Origin: Perkinsus chesapeaki ATCC PRA-425
Lineage: Eukaryota; Protista; Perkinsozoa
Reading direction: 5' to 3'
Assembly: GCA_013115145.1 (NCBI GenBank)
Contig: JAAPAO010000032.1
Span: forward strand, 58,575-122,574
Length of the DNA: 64,000 nucleotides
The notes beneath the pieces were generated by a model. The model was given only the letters and a program-made list of their open reading frames with translations. It was not told the origin of the DNA and did not search any database. The translations under genes and the position numbers were made by a program. Shown here in pieces: positions 55,534 to 64,000 of the stretch (positions are counted from its first letter, which is position 1; every line of letters begins with the position of its first letter).

Positions 55534-57301
55534 ATGGCTAAAGCTCTTGTTTGCATTAAACGTGTTGTTGATTATGCTGTTAAAGTGAGGGTAAGTGTGA
55601 CGGTGTGACGTGGGTTCTGGTGTCATGTGAATTGACCAGGTGATGGCCAGTAAAGCTGGTGTAGACATAGCCAATGTGAAACATAGCGTTAATCCATTCT
55701 GCGAGATCGCTGTTGAGGTACGAGGTATCCCAGGTTGAAGCTTGCTCATCATATTCATTAGGAAGCATTAAGAATGAAGGAAGCCGGTAAACTGTCTGAG
55801 GTTGTGGCGGTCTGTGCTGGTCCTGATAAGTAAGTCAATATCACGTTTTCTCCGCTCCCGGAGGAAGGATTCTTGATCTTACAGTTCTCAATGTTTTTGC
55901 TATTGAATATCCCTTTCTTTATAGTAGGATATAGCTTTACATATATTATTATTGGACTTTTTCAGATGATCCTCATTTTCTGCAAGGTTTATAGAATAGT
56001 ACAACCCCCTCGCTCATTTACACTCGTCTGCTTCATATCTGTATCTTTTGGGTAGACGTATATATTCAGGGCATCGGAGCAGCTTCGTCAAGCATTAGCT
56101 ATGGGATGCGATAGAGCGGTGAGCCGGGATAGAACCTGTGCAGGAAAGTGTATCATGGGTTTTACTTAGATACATCTACAGACACATCTTAGAACTGATC
56201 AGGAACTTCAGCCCTTGACTGTTGCTAAATTGATTAAGAAGATCGTTGAGAGAGAGGTAAGCATCTCCGTATGATACATTCAAGCAGCTCATACATTGCA
56301 ATGTGGAGTCCACACCTTTTCATGTGTTAAGCAATATCGCAACCGGTACGACCACAATGTCCGCAGTGCGAACAAGAAGATATTATTGGGAACGAAAACA
56401 TGTATCACCCCCAAAATAGAGTACACAGTCGTCGAGGTGTGAAATTATCGTATAGAGATATGACTTGTGTGTTTGCCATACATCATTACATTTCATATGT
56501 CATGATGATGAGGTAATTAAGGTTGAATAATCCTACATGTAATCCAATACACACAGTTTTCCGCAGCACTGCTTGTTGAAGTGAATCTAGTATTGTTAGG
56601 ATCCATTATTGGTGTTAATGGGTAAACAATCCATTGATGGTGATATGGGACAAACCTGTCAGCTTTTGGCTGGAATGTTAAGCTGGCCTCAAGCTACCTG
56701 TGCTAGCAAGGTAGAGCCCACACAATTGCTTGCACGCATGCACATGCATTTTCAGATCGCTATATCGGATGATAGCACAGAGTTGACGGTAGATAGGGAA
56801 GTTGATACTGGAATTCAGCAGGTGACATCTTTATTAACTCCGAATTGCATAATTCTTCTCGGCAGGTCCAAATACCACTCCCAGCAGTCCTGTCAACTGA
56901 TCTCAGGCTCAACACCCCGCGGTGAGTTTCCAAACTTTCGCCCTCGATTTGCCACGACACAATTCCGCACAAGTTGGATTATATAGGTATGCTACATTAC
57001 CAAACTTGATGAAGGCCAAAAAGAAGCCAATTGAAGTTATACCTGCTGAAAGTCTTGGAGTGGATCTTCAATCTAATCTACAGGTTAGTGTACTACCATC
57101 CACACTCATTCTAGCAATCAATTAATAATGTGATACAGCGGATATACCCAACTCAATGATAAAGGTGTAGATCTGCTTCGACTTAGTTCCTTCCATCAGG
57201 TTACTTCTGTAGAGGAGCCGCCGGCGAGGAAGGCTGGAGTCATGCTTGATAATGTCGATGAACTTGTGAACAAGCTCAAGAATGAGGCGAAGGTCCTTTA
57301 A
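55534..57301 (+). CDS. ETFB: Electron transfer flavoprotein beta subunit, multi-exon
   Basis: MAKALVCIKRVVDYAVKVR; NPFCEIAVE|EALRMKE; ALAMGCDRA; LMGKQSIDGDMGQT; VDREVDTG; DLRLNTPR|YATLPNLMKAKKKPIE; EPPARKAG. Confidence 0.95.
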
Positions 57302-57608
57302 TTCCGAGGCGCGCAAGAAGTCAGATAATCGTCAGTTTTTATTATGCAGAGTTACTCGGCGTGATTGATGTTTTCGGAGTGAAATGTTTGTTATTGTGTT
57401 GCTCGACACGGGCTTGAAATTCCGAGCTACAAACGCTCCATACCGTATCAGCCGCTGCATTGCCAACTTCTGAGCACGACGCGGTGGCGACTATATTGTG
57501 CTGCTGTATTCCTACCTGTACGCATGCGTTGAGTTCTGCCAACATGAAGAGGCGCTTACGAAGCTGCTTCACATCATTGCGTTGAATGTATCAGTTTTGT
57601 TACTTAAG

Positions 57609-59123
57609 ATGATGCCTGATTTTTACGAAGAGCCTGTGGCTGGTGGGCTGAGTGAAAAGTTATGGACGGCGAATCAAGACTTGGCAATGAAGAGTCTACA
57701 TCATCCTTTTGTTCAAGGCCTTGGTGATGGTACTTTAGACCCAGTTGCCTTCAAGACCTATATGGAACAGGATTCTCTTTATCTTAATGGTTATTTACGA
57801 GGCCTTTCGTATTGTGTGGCTAAGAGCAACATCAATGCTACTGGCACCGAGCTACTTACACTACTCGATGGAGTTAAAGATGAGTTGGAATCTTGTCACC
57901 AGCATTATGTCGATAACCCGGAGGCATCTGGTCCTGAGGCAGCTTGTAAGAAGTACGTAGACTTCCTATTGGATATTGGCAGATCTGACCGTGGTCCAGC
58001 TGTTATGGTTGCTGCTGTTATCCCTTGTGCAAGACTATATGCCTGGCTTGGTAGGGAACTAACCAAGGGAAGGGTGATACCTGAGGAGCATCCCTTCAGA
58101 AGATGGCTTCAAAGCTACTCTGATAAACCTATTAATACATCAGCAATGACACTAGAAACTCTGTTGGATAAGCAAGTTGAGGAATGTGAATATTCAGAAG
58201 TAGCCCAAGCTTACAGAAGGGCCATGGAGCTTGAGTATGACTTCTTCGATTCCTTCGGTGGTCATCTAGGCCGTTCGAGCGATGAGGTTGTGACAGTTCC
58301 CACAGTGCTGGTTATTAGTGGTAGCGACTCTGGTGGTGGTGCTGGCCATCAGGCTGACTTGAAGACACTAGAAGCCCTTGGGGTGTATTCGACTTCTGCT
58401 TTAACGTCCATTACTGCTCAAAACAGCAAAGGTGTTCAGAAAATCCAAACGATTGATAAGGGGATGCTGGGTGATCAGATAGATTCCGTTATATCTGATT
58501 ATAAGGTTAATGTTGTTAAACTAGGACTGGTGCCCACTGCTGGGCAACTTGGTATTATAGCAGACAAGCTCAACGGCCTCCCTATGGTTGTTGATCCAGT
58601 CTTGGTGGCTACTAGTGGAGACGATCTGGTCGCTGCTAAAAATGCTGATGATGTGTTGGCGATGTACAAGGAGCGTATTTTCCCTTTGGCCACAATAATA
58701 ACTCCGAATCTTCCCGAAGCCCAGAAGCTGTTGGGGAGGAAAGAGATCACGGGTGTCTACGAGGCCAGGGCGGCTGCCGAGGCTCTGGCACAGTACGGGT
58801 CGAAATTCGTGCTGGTTAAAGGCGGTCATGATAAGGCAGAACCAGACACTTGTCGAGATGTTCTTTATGATAGAGAACATGACCAATTTTATGAGTTCAA
58901 CAATAAAAGGATTTCTACCAATAATACCCATGGCACTGGTTGTACACTGGCCAGTGCCATATCTGGTTTTATGGCGCGCGGTTTCCCTGTCCCAGACGCT
59001 GTGCAGCATGCCATAAAATATCTCCATGAAGCTATCCTTCGGTCCTGTAATGTTCCCATTGGTCAAGGCTCTAACAGACCACTGGTTCATTCTGTTAATA
59101 GCGTATGGGCACATTATTGCTAG
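57609..59123 (+). CDS. thiD: TenA (thiaminase II / amino-HMP hydrolase) - ThiD (HMP/HMP-P kinase) fusion, intronless
   Basis: TenA: HPFVQGLGDGTL, YMEQDSLYL, catalytic VIPCARLY, LEYDFFD. ThiD: ISGSDSGGGAGHQADLKT, VVDPVLVATSG, ITPNLPEA, VLVKGGH, NTHGTGCTLASAI. Likely start at 57609 or 57612, not the 57498 ORF start. Confidence 0.95.
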   Translation: MMPDFYEEPVAGGLSEKLWTANQDLAMKSLHHPFVQGLGDGTLDPVAFKTYMEQDSLYLNGYLRGLSYCVAKSNINATGTELLTLLDGVKDELESCHQHYVDNPEASGPEAACKKYVDFLLDIGRSDRGPAVMVAAVIPCARLYAWLGRELTKGRVIPEEHPFRRWLQSYSDKPINTSAMTLETLLDKQVEECEYSEVAQAYRRAMELEYDFFDSFGGHLGRSSDEVVTVPTVLVISGSDSGGGAGHQADLKTLEALGVYSTSALTSITAQNSKGVQKIQTIDKGMLGDQIDSVISDYKVNVVKLGLVPTAGQLGIIADKLNGLPMVVDPVLVATSGDDLVAAKNADDVLAMYKERIFPLATIITPNLPEAQKLLGRKEITGVYEARAAAEALAQYGSKFVLVKGGHDKAEPDTCRDVLYDREHDQFYEFNNKRISTNNTHGTGCTLASAISGFMARGFPVPDAVQHAIKYLHEAILRSCNVPIGQGSNRPLVHSVNSVWAHYC

Positions 59124-59261
59124 AAGCGTGTTTCAAATGTTGTTGAGTGAATCTATTGTGGTTATCACTTTATCTATTTACTGCGATTGTTGTACACTTC
59201 CTCACAGTTGTTGCGTTCAACGTTGTATTGTTATTGTTAAAAGATTTCTGACTTTGTTGGT

Positions 59262-60749
59262 ATGTCGGCGGCATCGGAGGTATATAAAGTGTACGCATGT
59301 ACAAATGGAAAGTTTAGCTTGGAGATCCCTCGTATGGTGGCATCAGCTATTGCCGGAGGGGCTACCTGTGTCCAGCTCAGGCTCAAAGATGTGAGTACTG
59401 GTGATTACATTAGAATGGCACAAGAAACCAAGAAGGTTATGCCAAGCCATGTACCCCTTATTATCGATGACCGTGTTGACGTCTGCCTTGCAAGTGGTGC
59501 TGATGGTGTACATGTTGGTGATTCTGATATGCCTGTTAAAGATGCTCGATCTATCATAGGCCCCAATAGAATCCTTGGGGTATCAACTTATGGTCGTTAT
59601 GAGGATGCTATTACTGCTATTAATGATGGTGCTGATTATATTGCTACTGGTGCTGTCTATCCGACTGTCACCAAGCTTGATGCGGTGGCTAAAGGGCTTG
59701 AACAGATAGATGTCCTTAAACAAGCACTAAACGAATGTGGGAAGTCCCTGCCAATAGTAGCAATTGGTGGCATCAATCCAGTAACAGCAGTCGATTGTGT
59801 TCAACGAGGTGCTGATGGAGTATGTGCTGTGAGTCAGATTTTTGACACATGGGAGAAACCAGAATCACGCGCCAGGAAATTTCTCAAGGCCTACTGCTCT
59901 GGTATGGAGATAAGGTCCAAGGCGAGCAGCCATGACTTATATGATAATAAGAAAGTGATCGATCTATGGCAGAAGTTGGCTATTCAGAGCCCATTGACAC
60001 AATGCATCACCAACTATGTCTCCATGAACTTTATGGCCAATAGTCTTTTAGCAGCTGGTGCTTCACCTGCTATGGTCCATGCCCAAGAAGAGGCTCCTCA
60101 GTTCCTTGAGGTTGCCTCTGCTCTCAATGTCAATATTGGTACCCTGTCATCTTATTGGGCTGATTCTATGCGATTATGCGCTAAGAAAGCTGCGGAGATT
60201 GGCAAGCCATGGGTGTTGGATCCTGTGGCTGCTGGTGCGACATCTTTCCGTACAGGTGTGGCCACTGAACTGCTTCGGTATAAACCTACTGTTCTAAGAG
60301 GGAACGGCGGCGAGATCCTCGCTCTGGCTGGAGAAACTGGTGCTGTGAAGGGCGTTGATTCTAAAGTTACAAGCGATGCGGCTCTTGATGCCGCCAAGGA
60401 AATCGCAAAGAAGTTCAACACTGTTGTCTGTATATCCGGTTCTACCGACTTTGTGACGGATGGTAATAGAGTAGTTGAAATATGCCACGATGTACCGATG
60501 CTTCCCATGATCACTGCAACTGGCTGCACCCTCAGTGCTTTAATGACAGCATTTTGCGCTGTTGCCAGCGATCCCTTCGATGCTGCTGTTGCTGCCTGTG
60601 CTGGATGGTCTCTAGCAGCCCAAGAGGCTTCTATAACGGCTCAAGGTCCAGGCAGCATATCAGTTGAGCTACTTAACATATTGCCACGACTAAGAGATCC
60701 TACTTGGCCTTCGTGGAAGCGACTAGCTATTTTTGAACGTCGGCGCTAA
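59262..60749 (+). CDS. thiE: ThiE (thiamine-phosphate synthase) - ThiM (hydroxyethylthiazole kinase) fusion, THI6-like order, intronless
   Basis: ThiE: VQLRLKD, IIDDRVDV, DGVHVGDSDM, GAVYPTVTK, VAIGGI. ThiM: ITNYVSMNFMANSLLAAGASPAM, VNIGTL, VLDPVAAGATSFR, LRGNGGEI, TATGCTLSA. Confidence 0.96.
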   Translation: MSAASEVYKVYACTNGKFSLEIPRMVASAIAGGATCVQLRLKDVSTGDYIRMAQETKKVMPSHVPLIIDDRVDVCLASGADGVHVGDSDMPVKDARSIIGPNRILGVSTYGRYEDAITAINDGADYIATGAVYPTVTKLDAVAKGLEQIDVLKQALNECGKSLPIVAIGGINPVTAVDCVQRGADGVCAVSQIFDTWEKPESRARKFLKAYCSGMEIRSKASSHDLYDNKKVIDLWQKLAIQSPLTQCITNYVSMNFMANSLLAAGASPAMVHAQEEAPQFLEVASALNVNIGTLSSYWADSMRLCAKKAAEIGKPWVLDPVAAGATSFRTGVATELLRYKPTVLRGNGGEILALAGETGAVKGVDSKVTSDAALDAAKEIAKKFNTVVCISGSTDFVTDGNRVVEICHDVPMLPMITATGCTLSALMTAFCAVASDPFDAAVAACAGWSLAAQEASITAQGPGSISVELLNILPRLRDPTWPSWKRLAIFERRR

Positions 60750-61338
60750 GAATAAGAATATGTTGGGTTCATTGTTTGCTTATTATGACAGTGTTGTGTG
60801 ACAGTGTGAGCAAACCTACAGCATTAAGTCAATTAAAATCGTCAAACACCATTCTCAGTTGTGGCAACCCGATATTTTTCACACATGGGAGCTCGTAAAT
60901 AATTCGTTCCCTCGGGTGTCCCTCGCAGGAACTGGTAGACTAGCTTAGCAAGCATATGTACCTAGTGAAGAACCCTATCGCAGGGCTCTGTCCTACGTGG
61001 TCTGTAGCCTTCTCATGGAGCCCACAGGCTTGCCCCGCGAAGACAGACTCGTGGCAGGAACCTTTTTTGGAGACAGGGGGCTCCGGTCCATCTGCGTGTG
61101 CGTGCAGGTTTCCGCGCTCCTCGCGGACAGTGGGGGCTGCATCTTGAGGGAGGGATTTTCTCCCCTGATTGCGTGACATGGAGATACACCTTGGCCTCAA
61201 TTGAGCTTCTGCTTATAACTTCGAATCGATCATTGCGGGCCTTTTTCTCCGATCTGATCTCGTATCTGTCCTATAGTGCACATTATAATAGGGCTTTTAG
61301 GAGGGGGCGAGTGCCTTTCATACCTTTATAAGGCATCA

Positions 61339-63085
61339 ATGGCTGTTAATAGTCTTCTTCTTGTGAGTATCTGCGCACTTCAGTGTGTATGTGGAAGGAT
61401 CCCTGAATTTACTATCGACCATATTGACAGCTTTGGAGCTGAGATTAAGGAGGCTGTCTCACGTGAAGGTGGGCTCACACTTAACATCATTTCCTCTTAT
61501 TATCTCTTTCAAGGTGCATTCCTTCTCTCGGGACTATCTCAAACATTCTCGAAGTCCTATAAGCAGTTGGCCACCGAACTCCCGAAGTGTTCTGAATCTG
61601 ATGCCGACAGCGTGGATACCCTCGACGATGCCACCATTCGTATGACTTACGCTAAACGTGAGAGCATTTTACCTCGGTCCCAAAACTAGTGTATTCGGGT
61701 AGATTCGATCGATTCTGCCGAGTCGGTATTCCTCGGACGCAACAGCTGCCCACGGCACCTCAGCGAGCATATCGCCATGCTATCCGACGAGCTTGATTTC
61801 GTCGGAAAGCTAGTCGCCGATAAGTTATCAGATGTAAGTCCAGCGGCTTGGCGGGATTGTTCCTTTCTGTTTTATTTGCGCTCGTAGTGTAACGGTATCA
61901 TACAAGCTTCCCATGCTTGTGACCCGGGTTCGACTCCCGGCGGGCGCAGCTTATTGCTGCCAGGTAATGACAGTCCAACACCATCATAAGGATCTGCAAT
62001 CCTTCGGTGATATTCTTACAAGTGGACGAAGCCATCATTTGGACCACATGCACGTATATAAGCTGCACAATGAGTCAACGAGCCCTATCACGGTAGCATA
62101 TCTGTTGTGGTGGACAGTCGGAGGGCAATGTCATGGTGGCTGACGCAGTGCATTATACGGCGATTTCAGGCTTCCGCCAGAGCAACCTCCACCCTCACAT
62201 GGCACACTGATCAAGGAGCTTTCTTGCTCCTAGTTCTCCCTCCAGGTGACCAAAGCTTTCATTATAGGGATCACCAGGAAGCTGAGGTCAAAAGATTCTC
62301 GTATTTAGCCTTCCTATTCATTATGATCATTTCCAGATGACCTTAACCGTTCCAGATGATGGCGAAATGAGGGTTCTTGTCGTCATGGGGAATACGTTGA
62401 ATAGCAACTTCTTCAGTAAGGCTCCTGCTCGACTTTTAGATAGGCAGTAGGCGCCGTCTCATGTATTTCAATCTTATACTTTTACCTATAATCTGTTGCT
62501 CATTAGCCGTTTCCTTGGCCAATACGTATTAGGTGAAATAAGCTCGTAGGTAAGTTAACGTTCTGCGATTAGGAACCAACCCTCCTATCCGTCCTCTGCC
62601 TCATGCAGTCTACATGAAAGGCTATGCAGCTGAAGGGAACCCACGCGTCATTCTCGGCAGGATGTTCCTGCTGCCGAGCAATATGATAGATTCCTACACT
62701 GGTGTGACCTATGATGGGTGGAGCAAACAGGTTCTGGTAGAGAATCCTATCGCTGATACGAAAGAGATTATAGCCGAGAAGAGGAGATTGGGTACGTGGA
62801 AATATGATTAATTTCGATATCCACTGCTCATTATCAGAAACCAACTGTAACTCGAGTACTATTCTATGTTGGATGAGATGTATGGAGAACACTTGTTCGA
62901 GCGGCCAGGTGCCAGTATGCTGGAATTACACCGGCCAGGATATTTGCCCAAATGATGGGGGAATGCACCCCGAATGTCGAGTCAACTGCCAAGCCTCAGA
63001 GGAGAAATCTATTGCATCTATCAAAACACAGAGCAACTTTGTGCTTATTGTAGTCTTTATTATATACGTTGTTACTACCTGGTAG
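61339..63085 (+). CDS. Secreted, membrane- or GPI-anchored 2-oxoglutarate/Fe(II) oxygenase-like protein with a C-terminal Cys-rich domain
   Basis: Signal peptide MAVNSLLLVSICALQCVCG; HLDHMHVY; HxD motif WHTDQG; distal His PLPHAV; RVILGRMFL; KRRL|ETNC...CWMRCM...; hydrophobic C-terminus. Confidence 0.7.
61877..61947 (+). tRNA. tRNA-Gly (anticodon CCC), intact, inside intron 61834-61962 of the oxygenase gene
   Basis: GCGCTCG TA GTG TAACGGTAT CAT A CAAGC TTCCCAT GCTTG TGAC CCGGG TTCGACT CCCGG CGGGCGC A: all four stems pair, 71 nt. Confidence 0.96.
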
Positions 63086-63819
63086 CCCCGTAGGACGTTG
63101 CCGAGCTGTCCCTGGGCATTAAACGAACTCAGTTGTAGGCTCACAACCCCATCAAGTAGTCTCAACAACACTATCAATAGTCGACTTTCTTACATAAACG
63201 GTTGCCTTTTATTGCGTTTAAACTAGAACACGAGCACTACCACTATAATAATCCCACAAAGGAAGCCCGTCATTCTCTGCGAGGACACATCTTGAATCAA
63301 ATACCTTGCGAAACTGCAACACATGTAATTCAGCCTCTCGAAACTACCACGACACTAGACACGATGCATACATTGCAGCATGTTGAACTGGGTTTAATAA
63401 ACCCTAATATATTAACATTAATATTATGGAACACATATGAGCAAAAATCAACTAAACACCAACGCAAATAACTGGGTTGCCCCAATTATAGCGCTCCGAC
63501 TTCACAAAGGAGACAGGGAGCACAAAAGCAAAAACCCTGGACTGTCATATGAAAAACCATAACCACGAGATCTACGTTACGATGCGGAGTACTACCACGT
63601 TCTCCAATCTGCCACGTTACGTTTTTCTTTCAAAGTGAAACCGTCCTTGTTAGACGAATATCTATTTGGTTGTTCATGGTTTACTAGCGTACTAGCGTCA
63701 CAATTGTGTGCTTCCCTCATCGTAGTCTCGTTTGTCAAGTCTTTTTAGGCAAGCGGGTACGCGTGAACAATTTATAGTCGTTGAAGTTCATTTTCTGTGT
63801 TTTAACTCCTCAGGCCGCC

Positions 63820-64000
63820 ATGCTAATTCTACTGCTGTGCACTCTTCTTATAACAGTCTCAGCATCCGGTCGACGCAACCCGGTGGATCATCCATTTATT
63901 CGAGTATATCCGGAACGTTATCCCATCTCGGCTCCCGATGAACATCTTTTCCTTTGTCCAGAGGAGGTCTTGAGTGAGATAGATCTCTCAGGATGGCCTC
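63820..64000 (+). CDS. Start of a secreted protein, truncated by the window edge
   Basis: MLILLLCTLLITVSASGRRNPVDHPFIRVYPERYP... is open to the end of the window. Confidence 0.5.
   Translation, partial: MLILLLCTLLITVSASGRRNPVDHPFIRVYPERYPISAPDEHLFLCPEEVLSEIDLSGWP

Noticed and set aside
57498-57608. 37-aa N-terminal extension of TenA-ThiD in the ORF track
   Set aside because: It depends on a GTG start. The first ATG is at 57609 and TenA similarity begins just after it.
57302-60950. TPP riboswitch near the thiamine genes
   Set aside because: No CTGAGA or ACCTGAT core motifs in the upstream, intergenic or downstream sequence.

Overview
Compact, intron-rich eukaryotic DNA. Most introns are about 45-60 nt GT-AG, and CAA/CAG/AAT/GGA microsatellites are abundant. 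The gene content points to a myzozoan alveolate, most likely Perkinsus or a relative (inference). About 27 protein genes were reconstructed by eye. Well supported: cathepsin L-like protease, ataxin-2/PBP1, Tubby-domain protein, MCM7, kinesin-3, MBOAT acyltransferase, a CDP-alcohol phosphotransferase fused to a cytidylyltransferase, TRM6/GCD10, ETF-beta, two adjacent intronless thiamine-salvage fusions (TenA-ThiD, ThiE-ThiM) and a secreted 2OG-Fe(II) oxygenase. Less certain: nuclear-encoded ATP synthase subunit 8, TMEM131-like, claudin-like, folate-receptor-like and a spliced gag-like gene. One intact tRNA-Gly(CCC) lies inside a spliceosomal intron. The most striking unexplained signal is a set of about ten tRNA-derived pieces (T-arm plus 3' acceptor strand, several with oligo-T tails). 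Eight sit in or at short candidate introns, four of them in the gene for the tRNA m1A58 methyltransferase subunit TRM6. Two more sit at nearly identical offsets in two ~140-bp head-to-head intergenic regions. Exon boundaries were inferred manually and need RNA-seq confirmation.
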